DNA of 64,000 nt, taken from positions 7,569,544-7,633,543 of the forward strand of contig OZ199840.1 of assembly GCA_964304625.1 (NCBI GenBank), given 5' to 3'. This DNA comes from Kudoa neothunni. Taxonomy: Eukaryota; Animalia; Cnidaria. The notes under the pieces are model-generated. The model had not been told where the DNA came from and made no database searches. It was given only the letters and a program-made list of their open reading frames with translations. Made by a program: the position numbers and the translations under genes. Below, piece after piece: positions 52,730-64,000 of the stretch; the first letter of the stretch is position 1; each line of letters begins with the position of its first letter.

Positions 52730-53639
52730 TTAATGATAGCGTTCTTTCAATTTATATGACCGACTAGGACTTAATTTAAAAAACTAAATAATAGTTAAGA
52801 TTAATCTATTCCATTGTACACGAAATTATAAAAAAGACATATGAGCGATAATGTTGGTTTGTGAATTTTAGCATTCCATTTAAAATATTACGCTTATATT
52901 CATTAATTTTTAGTATTTATGTTACGTTTTTATTTTTATAACTTTTCCTAAGGAAAATTTTTATATTAATTCGATTAAACTTTTATTTGTATGGATTTTT
53001 AATAAGGTTTAAAAAATTCATTCATTTAATATATATTGCATTTGTTGTATTTAGACTGGAAATAATAAAAAGAATGTTAAATGTTTATAAGAAATAATTA
53101 GTAAGGGGGAAAATTTAGCACTAATATATGTTGTATTCGAAAAATTGTTAATAAATACTCTCATATTTATCGTATTAATCAAAGATTTGTTCATTAAAAT
53201 TCACCATTTTCTAATATAATTTTAGGCATAAACCTTTTTTTAAATAAGAACAACAAACAATGATTTAATTATTGATGACTGCTCACAATAGGTGGAAACG
53301 AGTTAAAGTACATTTTTAGTAGTATCTAGAGCAAAATTTTGAGCTTTGGTCGGGATTGGACATATTCTGCTTTGAAAAATTTATCTAAATTACAAAAATA
53401 CCTCAATCCGTAGAGAAAGGGGTTTAACTAAAAATCTCTTTGGATTCCAATCTTTTATAGAATATGGCACATGAAATTAAAATCATATACGAAAAGAGGT
53501 TATTTTACTAATATTTTTTATATTTAAAATATTTAATGCGCCAATAAAAACACATTTTCATACGACACATTAATACTACCAATAAAATAAATGTTTCAAC
53601 TAATAAATAAGTCAATCTATAAACTTAATCATACTATTT

Positions 53640-56600
53640 TTATGCTTTAACGTAAATGTCTTCACATTTACTGTAAATTTCATTCCTTTTGATGCTTCTG
53701 TATCGTAGTACAGCACCAGCGACTGCAATAGCAACCATGGCCACAGCAGCAATAGTCATAATAACTTTATAATAATCTTTAGATGAAATACTTCTAATCT
53801 CCCCTACTGCTGCAGCATATTGAGGTGAATCTATAGATTCATTTTCCTGATCATTGGGTGTCTCAGGACCTTCGTTGTTATCTTTCGTTTCTTCGGTAGT
53901 CTCACTTGCTTCAGTTAATGATACGTTACTTATTAACGTTTTAGCATATGTTTCATCATTTTTTATAGCATCATCAAGATTGTTCCTGAAAGTTCCAGCT
54001 TCTGAGGGGATAATTGCTTTAATTTCACCATTATACTTTCTAATTTGAACAGGATTACTATTTTGAGTCAAGAAATCCACGATTGCTGAGATTAATGAGG
54101 TGTATTCTTTATACAGCGTGTCAAACTCACTATCGCTAGTTTCAGACATAATTTTCCTTGATAATGAATCAATTTTTGTTAAGAAGTCGTTGATTTGAGA
54201 TTTTTTATCAGAATATTCTCTATCAAGGGTGTTCTTTTCATTAGCATAATGCGAAGATCCTGCCAAAATGGCTGTCGAAACTATTTTCATATTCTCATCA
54301 AACATTTTCGTCAGTCTTTGTTCTTCAGTTTCCATTTCAATATTTTTCATTTTCAAGTTCTGGGGAATATCACTTGTTAACTCATTAGCTTTGGCTACAA
54401 TTTCATTATGTGCATGTTCGTACTGGTTATACTTTGTGAGAGTTTCAGATTTCTCTTTGGTTAATAAATCCATCTGTGATTTACCAACAGTTGAAATTTT
54501 GGCTTCTTCATTCTTTATCAAATTACTATTTGATATGTATTGAGCCTCGAAAGATTCCAAGAAGCTACCAAGCTTTTCCTTCTTTTTAATGAGTTTTTTG
54601 GTAGCTTCGTCTATTGTAGATGCTGTTTCGCTGAGTGAATCCAGATCCCTGAAGTATGATTTATGTTTATTTTTTTGATCAAAAACGCTTTGAGAGTATT
54701 TTTCACTTGTTTGTAATTCTTCAGCAGTCTCGCTAACTAATTTGTTTTTGAGAGTCGACAACTGTTCCAAGTTACTTTCCATAGTGTCGGTTATAGTTTG
54801 GAATAATTTAAACTTTGTTTTCAACTCAATGTTCACTTTTTCAATGTTATTCATAGTCTCACTATTTAATAATGCAGAATCATTGCCATTAAGAGCATTG
54901 TAGTTTTCAATCAGATCAATAATGGCATTCTTAGTTTCTTGCAAAGTTTCAATATTCTTGTCATAGCTGGTTGAAATTGAAGAATATTTTTGTTCATGAT
55001 TGTTTAATGTAGTCTCTTTTTGAGGAAAAGATTCACCATAAGAAACTTTCAAGCCATGGAAATTCATAAAATTACTATTTACCGAGAACTTTCCTCTCAG
55101 AAGATGAGCAATTATTTGACTTGTGCTAATTTTTTTAATTTCATCCACCTTTTCGTTAGCTTTTTTGATGGATTTGGAATAATACTCGTCATCTATTTTA
55201 ATATCATCTTTTTGTTTTTTGAGTATTTCTTGGTACTTTTTAAGTAAACTGCTGAGTTGTTCTTTCATGTGTGGGTAACGAGTTTCATCTTTGATTTCGA
55301 CTAATTGCAATCCATTGCCAAGAGAATCCACCATACCCCTTATGTTGATTCTTAATATTTGTAATTTCTTCGACGGAAATATCTTTCAATGATATCAATT
55401 TTTTAATTTCTTCAGAGGTCACAGTAATATTATTCCCAATATTTTCACAGGACGCTTCATAGTTGCGAATATCTTGTGATAGTTGGTTAGTGTCACTTTT
55501 GAGATTTAAATTCAAATTTGAAGTTTCTTGTGATATTGATGATTCAAATTGATCAGGCATTGTATTTTTCTTAGTTAACAGGCGCGTTTTCGCACGTTCA
55601 ATATTGGCATAATCTTGGGCTAATTTTTGGGATCGTTCGGTGATATCATTCACAAGTACTTTATTACTGTTTATTTCGGATTGAACCTTAATAAGTTTAG
55701 ATTTTAATTCTAAAACTTTTGGCGTAATTTTTTTCAATTTATTTTCGGTATCACCAAGTAATTTAGTAAACATAACGGATAATTTATCAGCTTCATCTTT
55801 GAGGAACGAGGTTTTATTTTTGGCGACTGACAACTTGAAATTATCATTATCCGTCATTACTTTTTTTAGGGTCTTAGATTCTGCTTCCAAACTATCTTCC
55901 AATGTTTTTAGTTGATTTATATCAATATTGGATTGATGGGACAAAAATTTTATTACCAATTGGTCCTTTCTTTTATCAATATCATTCAACGTGGCGGTAG
56001 GATTTTCAAAAACGAAACTTTCACCTAATTTTTTGAGATTAAGTTGCTCGATATATCCAGGAATTTCTATTGTTTTTAGGGCGTTGATATCAGATTTTAA
56101 GGTTTCGTAGGTGTCTAAAGTATTTTTATTGTCATTTTTCAACTGGTTGAAAGTTGTTTGGAACTTTTTAATATTATCAGTAACTTGACGATTCAAATTT
56201 TCCGCATTTTCAAATATAACTTTTAACTTTTTGTCATACGATTCTTTGGTTGTAGCCAAAAAATCATAAATTTTTTCGTTTAATTTGTTACCGTCAAACA
56301 CACGGTCACTCACTTCTTTTATTGAGTTGAGTTGTTCGATGCTTGACACAAAATCACTAACATTATCTTTTATAGGTTTCATGTGGTTAATTGCTTTAGA
56401 AGTGGCCTGAGATAAATCGTTTATACGTTGCAAAATTTCCGAACGTTCGCTTTCAAGTTGTCTAGTTTTGGAATTCTGATTTTCATACGATTGAAGCACA
56501 GCTTTTAATTCTTTAATTTTTTGTTTCATTTTATTCGACAACTCTGTCGAGATGTGGGAGCTCTTTGATGCAAAAAAACTTTCTGTATTTGCTAGCAAAA

Positions 56601-57534
56601 GTTTAATTTCTTCTACTTTGTCGATCGACACACTACGAATATCTATACCATTTAGAAGTACGATGAAATTTTGAGAATTATTTGAATAGGTGTTGAACAA
56701 TTCTGGTGTGTATGGTGCGAGAAGAGTTCGCATCTCAGCTTTAATACTTTCAAAATGTGGATCCATTGCAGTTACCATTCTTTGATAGAAATGAGAATAT
56801 TTTTCATTTCTCACTTTAAGTGACGCCGTTAGCTCAGTAACAGGATCAAAATCGCAGTCATACAAACTTACTTGTAATGATGCTAGTTTTGATATAAAAT
56901 AATTAAGTTGTGGTAAGGAATTATTTGCGTGAGGAAGTTGCGTCTGAAGATTAGGTTTTAAATCCCTTAAATAACAATTTGCAAAGGTACCAACAAATAT
57001 GTCTCTTTTAAATTGAAGCTCTTTGTCTAAAAATGATTTACTTTCCACAATGATGTCCTGGATTTTATCTATCATGTTGATTGTTGATTGAAGTTTTTGG
57101 TAGCACGTAAGAGCAATATCGCAACGATCTCTAACCTTTTCATAAAAATCAGAAGTAATGAGATCGTGGCCAATTTTGTTAAACGGAGTTATTTTGTAGA
57201 TTTTATAGCTTGAGTACATTGTTTTCACTTCTCTCAACATTAATTGGTTGATTTTCTCTTCAGTATAAAGATCTTTTTGGGATTCGTAATTTCTCTTAAT
57301 GGATAGAAGATGGGCCATTTTTCCTTCGACTCTTTCAACTGACGAGTGTAATGTTCTATATGCTTCCAAATATTCTTTCCTTATTCGAACATATATCTGG
57401 CATGGGCCATTCATATCACTGTAGTCTATTTCAGCAGTGGAAATTGATGACAGTATCATCAATAATACTGAATCTAAGCGACTAATTAGTTAATATAAAC
57501 AATAATGTTGTTTACATATTAATTGATTTAACAT
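53640..57534 (-). CDS. Orphan type-I membrane protein (~1,283 aa if one +1 frameshift is corrected): signal peptide, Cys-containing head, long coiled-coil stalk, one TM helix, short Tyr-containing tail
   Basis: A 42-nt intron (57474-57515) restores the signal peptide MLNQLIYSVLLMILSSISTA. Track ORFs 55285..57462 and 53640..55334 overlap in different frames with the same helical composition. TM VIMTIAAVAMVAIAVAGAVL, tail RYRSIKRNEIYSKCEDIYVKA. Confidence 0.85.
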
Positions 57535-57734
57535 AGTTGATAACTTTGGTATGACTTCTGGTGTTCCTTACAAACCTTTTGTTAGATTAATTTATTAGGC
57601 TACGATGAAATCGAGAATATATACAAGAAAAATTTTAATCAGCCTATTTAGATTATATTTATAATAACAATAAATATTGATTATATATACTTATTGTTTT
57701 CTAAAGATATTAAATAGGTTAAATAAGGTAATAA

Positions 57735-59925
57735 GGAAGTGTCTATTAGCTCGAACGTGTCCATTGACCCGAACAAATTGTTTTTGCCTATTTAGGGGAT
57801 TCTTTTTATAGTTGAATGATTCAAACAATTATTCAAATGGATTATATATTAATGTGAAAAAAATAAAAGAATTTTGTCTTTAGGGATCTGTGATATAACT
57901 CGTTACTTAGGAAAGACCCATCCTCATCATTGTAATTTATCGCTGTAAATGCTCCATTTTCCTCATAAACTTGTTTAACATTTGAATGGAATATTTTTAT
58001 GATTTTTTATCAGTAAGAAATTTATTCGTTCCACGTATTGTGCAATAATAATTTTCTGATATGATATATCCGTGTTATATTCATAGTTTTAAATGCATTC
58101 ACTGTTTTAATCGTGTTATTTTGTATTTTCAATATTTTTGAATTGATTTCATCCATATGAATGGTTGTCGTAAACCCGAAACTCCAAATGGCTTCAAATG
58201 TCCGACATTGATATTTTTTATAATATCGGTGTAAAATCACTCAATGTAAATAAATGTTGTGAATATGATTTTTATATTTGAAAATGAATCCAATTTATTG
58301 ATTTATACCTAATTTAATGTCACCTAATCAGGACACTTCGCATACTCCCTTATTTAGACTTCGCATACAAACTGAATTTTGACGATACTAGTTGGAATTT
58401 AATGTTCTCAATTAAAATATTTAATTGTTATTATTCAGTATAACAATTTTATTCATATTTGGAACATTATTTTCAACGTCTAAAAATATAAATTTTTATT
58501 GGTGATTTTATCCAAAAAACGTTGGACTTGGACGTTTTTCACCAAGCCATGTATCACACAGATGTTCTCATGAATTCAACTACATGACTACATGAATTTT
58601 GTAAAATTGATTGAACGTATTTGATAGAAAAATCCTTTTAAATTATTGTAACATAAATACCATCTTATGGATGGGTAAAATACATATTCATGATGGTATA
58701 AGATATATTTAAATAGCATATGAATTAAAACGAAAGCTTTTTTATCATAATTTCTCTTACTATCATTCTTCTGTTTTACAATTCATACAACTCTAATATT
58801 TTGATGACGGGTTCAGTTTAATATGTTGGCATTTAAAATAGCTCGATTGAAGACATATGTCGCAGCCTATAGTCTCATTGTTGATTTCCCATATCTCTAA
58901 ACATCATCCTTTTTTATTTGAATTTTTTTAAAATTACAGGCTCTTTGTATGTGATTTACAAGAGTGTTTCATGTTAGACACTTTATTCAATGAAACAAAT
59001 TTCCCCTTTCTCGTAATATTTTTTCTTGGATTACTTTGGAATTTCCGTTAACTTGAACAAATTGAGCGATAAGATAACTTTCATCCTTTGATATTTTATT
59101 TCTACTATGTAAAAATTGTGACTGAAAATTTTAGAGACATTGGGCATGCTTTGTAATAAGAATTCGAATTTCTTCTACCAACAGGTCGTTTTCTCTAAAA
59201 TAACGACAGCATGTTTTCAAACTTTAATGCATATAAAAAATTTATTTAAATTTTTGAAGAAATTAAGTTTTTGTCGCGATGAACCCAGCAGTATTTTGTA
59301 TGATAAAACTAAAGTATTGGATTTAACGTTTTATTACATCGCTCCTAAGTTCTTTCGATGGTTTAAGAGTCATATATTGATAAACTACCCATGGAGTTTT
59401 GTTCGTATTCTTCTATTTTCAACTTTAGCTCCTCAAAAATGCTAAAAGTATTTCCGGTTTGAAAAACCGTATTAAGTTTAGGCAATCTCATTTCGTAAGC
59501 ACACGCGTAGAAGTAAAATCAAAATTTTTCGTTTGCTATAACCAAATATCTTTAAATACAACAACTATATACTTTATGTTTTTGGTCTAGTGAAAAATCC
59601 TACATTTTTATACAATAATTTTGTATTACAACATTAGGGGATGATTACAATCAAATCAACGCACGTTACAATAAAATTAAAACTATTAAAATCAAAATTT
59701 TAGTTACACAGATAATTAAAAGTTAAATCAGAACTAAAAATGTTCATTTGAATAAATAAATAACTCATAAACTCAATATAAAGACTTCTTAAGGTCCATT
59801 TAGTCGAAACCATATTGCATCATACAGAATATTTTTAACCGATATAACCCGATAAAAACAGATTTACTATAATAAAAAGCTCGAAAATTAAATAAATAAA
59901 TTTGTTTGGGCCAATAGACACTGCC
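57735..59925 (-). mobile_element. Mutator/MULE element with degraded ZSWIM3-like transposase
   Basis: TIRs ggaagtgtctattagctcgaac / rc ggcagtgtctattggcccaaac. 9-bp TSD aggtaataa / aaataataa (7/9). Remnants FEELKLKIEEYEQ and QVNGNSKVIQEKILRE..KFVSLNKVSNMKH. Confidence 0.78.
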
Positions 59926-60652
59926 AAATAATAAAGAACAAATGTAGTTTATGTTATTCCATTGTGATCAGTAATATGAATCATATAATATACGTGTACA
60001 TGTATTTTATTTAATAGATTATTTGTATTTACGTATTTTTGCGAAATTCAAATTTAATTTAAACGTTTTTTTTTAAATAAATATGAGAAATATTTCATGA
60101 CTAAATCAGGAATTACTAATTAATTAACTAACTCTTGTATTCAAGCTACCAAAATTAAGATTATATAGTTAAAACTGCAGTTCCTTAGGTATTAAGTTCT
60201 ACGCACTCAAAATATAATCACATCATTATAGAAAATGCGTTATCTTTTCTGCTATAATTACATTTATACAATTAATCAGTCGTTGTATAAGTGAATTAAT
60301 GCATCATTATGTGAGAGCTGGATTTATATTGAAGATACGTCTACCCAATAGAAAGTGTATCACTTCAGCGTATCATCCATGAATTCATCACACATTCCTA
60401 TCAAGAATTTTGGTTATACGAAAAATGAACGACCGCGAATATATAAATATGCTAGCGCCAAATATCCAGCTTTTACCAGATGTGGACGAGGGAATTTTTA
60501 AAGCTTTACTTTTATTTGAAATTAATATATCTTTATTTAAACCATATTTTAGTAGTAATTCAAAAATGCAAAATTTTATTTCCTATTTTTCCGTGATCCA
60601 ATTTCATATTTATTATTGTTTTTTAACTTTATTCAATTAAATTAATCAAATA

Positions 60653-61180
60653 CAGTCGAACTTCGATTATCCGGAAGAACTATTTGATCATATTTCCGGA
60701 TAAAAGTACCACCCATCACCGTACGACATATACAATGTGACATATACACCAACTCAATATTTAAAGCAATTATAGTTCTAGATTATTTATTAATAAATAT
60801 TCCGTTTAAAACTTAAGTTAAGCATTCAGTTCTTATATAAATTTGTGCCATATCTGAACACATGTCTGTATTTATATTAAACAAGCGTTAATTATTGATT
60901 ATTTAAAAAAGTAGGCAACTCCTCTGTAGACCCGTAAGAACTCACGTAATTATGTATTGTTTTTCGTTTAAATCTCCGTATTCTTAGTTAATAGATATGT
61001 CAATATCTTTAACTTAAATAGCAGGAGTTAAAATATATTACTTAATAAATAGTAGAAATTGTTTATAAATCAAGTAAACAACCTTTTGAGTAAACAAAAT
61101 ATTTGATGCGGGTGCGGCATTGTTTATATTCGATTAACCGGAACCTCGCCATCCGGAAAGAAAATTGCTGGTCTCAAATT
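60653..61180. mobile_element. pogo/Tigger-type MITE related to 46297-46761, right TIR lost
   Basis: Left end ta|cagtcgaacttcgattatccgga. 61129-61178 resembles the subterminal 46686-46735. Confidence 0.6.
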
Positions 61181-61661
61181 TATTTTACACATTTCGACGA
61201 TATGTACTGCCGTTCATGTTTAATTCAAGTAATGCCGAATACAAATAATTTTAACGGAAAATCAATAACTTATTATAATTTGTTGTACTTTGGAATAATT
61301 TTTCGAAACAAATAAATTGTTTTAGTTATAAAATTGATGATTGGTCTTTAAATTATAAGAGATGAAATAAATAAAAATGTGGGGACTTAATATAAATGAA
61401 TAATACTAAATTTCACTCCTTCCTGATAATCTTATGGAGGATCTTTATTTGATTTTAGACAGACCTCTAGGAGCGAGAAATTACTGTGGCGACATTTTAA
61501 CATAATTTTTTAGCATTTAAATAAATTTATCATTTCATATTAACAACAAAATTGGCCAGTAAAAATAATAACACAACGGAAATTAAAAAATGATGATTCA
61601 ATTTTAAAATGTACAGTAATGGTTAACCGTCAATTAGTTTTTACAGAAGCTTCTCTCTTAA

Positions 61662-63221
61662 CCCTGCGAGTAACTCCGAATTGATTATACTCCTGACGTC
61701 TTTAAGGTCGAAAAAGACCCCAAGACAAAATTCCGTATAATCAACAAATTTCAATCCATACAGTATTTTTATTAATCTTATAGCATTTTAAATAATAGAT
61801 AACGTTCATTTTATGTTAAAATGTACAAAATAATATGTTGTTCGACTAATTTTTTCGGTTATTTTCTCGAATGCATATATTTTCTTAATCCTTCCAGTGT
61901 AGGTCGTTATTGATTTTCATGAATATAATATTCTAATTAAAAAATGTTATATAAAATGGCAAAAATTTCTAGTGATTGAAGTTTTAATAAAAAAAATTCT
62001 TTTGTTTCATTATATAAGTGATGTATGGATTTTCCATAACTATATTTATCTTTGTTTATCGCTATATTTGCGATTTTATGGAATACAAAAAAATCTTCTA
62101 ATTGAAATTCTTCGAAAATTACTCGTTACGTTTAAACACATCATCTACCTTTAGGCGAGTAATTTTTGAATATTTCAAAGCTTGACAAAATATTGTCGAA
62201 GTAAACCGATATAAAAACAGAAAATAACTAATAAATGGATTCTGCTATCTAGTGTTGTTAGCGCATCGTTGGCGAACCTTAAAATATGTGCCACAAGGCA
62301 CATAGTTTATCATTTTCTCCTTTCCTCCCTTGCAATAAAATCGTCTAAGTAGAGTGAGCGTTTGATTTTTGTATATTCCTTCAGCAGCATAACTTATCTA
62401 AAAAACTCAACAGAACTTATCAACCATCCAAAACCTTTCTGGAGATTCCGTCATCGTTTTAAAAATTGGCATATATATTAGTATGCCAAGGTACGCACGA
62501 AAATCACTCAAATCGAAATCATCATAAGAAGAATCATAGCGAAAACGACCAAATTCATTGGCCATGTGGATAATTGTAGATAACAGTTGATAGATGAAGA
62601 ATAAGTTTAAGCAATCTTGAACTATTTTTATTTTTGACGAATGCAGGAAGTTACACAGGGATTGGGATTCAAAATGTTTTAATTTCGTATTTGTTTTTCT
62701 AGGAGGGATCTCGCTACATATGTTATGTTTGTGTGTAAGAAGGTTTGTTAATATAGTGCCAACATCGTTAGAATCCGATGAAAATTATTGTTTTTAGATT
62801 AATTCTTCAAATTTACCTACGATGGAAGAGACTTCAGCGTAACCATCCTATCTAGACATAATTCACAATCCAAAGTTGTCACAAGTTTATCAATGTTCTC
62901 ACACGCAAATAAGCGGAATTACGCCATTATGTTTCCATAAAACTGACTGAACTACAAATAAACATCTATAGAATAAATTTTTATACAGTTTGTACGGAAA
63001 AACCTCTGGGGTCGATAAAGACCCCAGAGGCGCTAGGTGTAAGTTTTTGAGAAATAACCAACTCTTTTCTGTTTAAAGAAAAATTAATACTTCCTTCCAA
63101 AACAATCTATTGTTATGAAAGAGTAGATAGGATATCTAGAAAATTAAAGTAAGCTATGAGGGAGATAATAACTGATAAAACCACGACTGGGGTTGAAAAC
63201 GACTCCAAGATGCTCAGAGGG
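61662..63221 (-). mobile_element. Internally deleted piggyBac element
   Basis: ttaa|ccctgcgagtaac ... gatgctcagaggg|ttaa, with ggggtc...gacccc palindromes. Minus-strand remnant YFDNILSSFEIF (PGBD DNFFTS motif) near 62170-62205. Confidence 0.75.
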
Positions 63222-63360
63222 TTAAAGACAAACATACTGTTCAGTTGTTTCGAAATAAATTTTTATTTGTTGATCTATCCACAAATTACTGGAAACCTTG
63301 TAATAATATCGATATTATGGAAAAAAATAATCCCCTATTTATCAACCGGCTAACACTTAA

Positions 63361-64000
63361 CACTAGTAGGTACGTCCAAAAATATTACACTACTTCATAA
63401 CAGGGTCCAATTGACCCTGTTCGTAAAATGAGATTTTATGTTTGTTAATATTTTAGAAATATTCTAGAAACCAACAAAAATTTATTTTAAAGCTATTTTA
63501 AATAAATAATGCCATGATTTATAGCCAACCTGCAGAAATGTGAAGAAAAGCACAACGCCATTACTAAAACAATGACAACAACATTGAAGAACTCATCCAA
63601 ATCATTGGATTTATAATAAACACAAATAATTAGTTACAGCTGTAAAAGAGAGGAGAATAATGTTGTTCACACGCGTTTTTTTCCGCATTTAGAGAAGATT
63701 TTCTTTGTTTTTACATGCTTTGAGTATGGGAAAAAATGGCATCTTTTCTAGTCCCCCTTCCTATCATATTTCGGCGATGTTGCAAGTGGAAGGTCATTTT
63801 TTTCGTTAACTAACTTTTCAATAATCTCATAAATTAAATTTTGTAAATATTGACGTCTTGTTCGGTGTTTGTATCTTAGTTTAAATTCATTATATTTATC
63901 AAAGTACACAATCGTTGAGTTGTAACCAGCGATGTCAAGGATATTGTAAAAAATTGTGTGTGACGATCGGAGAGTTCTCATGCTTACAGTGCCGGATCTT
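63361..64000 (-). mobile_element. 3' end of a piggyBac (PGBD4-like) element running off the window
   Basis: ttaa|cactagtagg end. IFYNILDIAGYNSTIVY followed by a frameshifted Cys-rich tail (KRCHF...KCGKNACEQH). Confidence 0.85.

Noticed and set aside
53854-55247. Four plus-strand ORFs
   Set aside because: Antisense shadows of the long minus-strand coding region.

Overview
This is a very AT-rich eukaryotic window with compact genes and mostly 40-90 nt GT-AG introns, so the ORF track only shows exon fragments. The recognisable but strongly diverged animal-type genes are RPB11/POLR2J, INTS3, RNF113A/CWC24, an intronless PLPP6-like PAP2 phosphatase, OGDH (one 6.1-kb intron filled with transposons) and a TMC channel. 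A fast-evolving parasitic animal such as a myxozoan would fit, but that is inference only. There are also several orphan genes. The most striking is a ~1,280-aa signal peptide / Cys-containing head / coiled-coil stalk / single-TM protein split by one +1 frameshift. Much of the intergenic space is degraded DNA transposons (hAT, piggyBac, Tc1/IS630 DD34E, pogo-type MITEs, ZSWIM3-like MULEs), often nested, with TIRs and TSDs still readable. One GC-rich, self-complementary ~400-bp poly(A)-tailed insert flanked by a 10-bp direct repeat stands out. No CRISPR, rRNA or tRNA genes were found. All gene models are manual and approximate.
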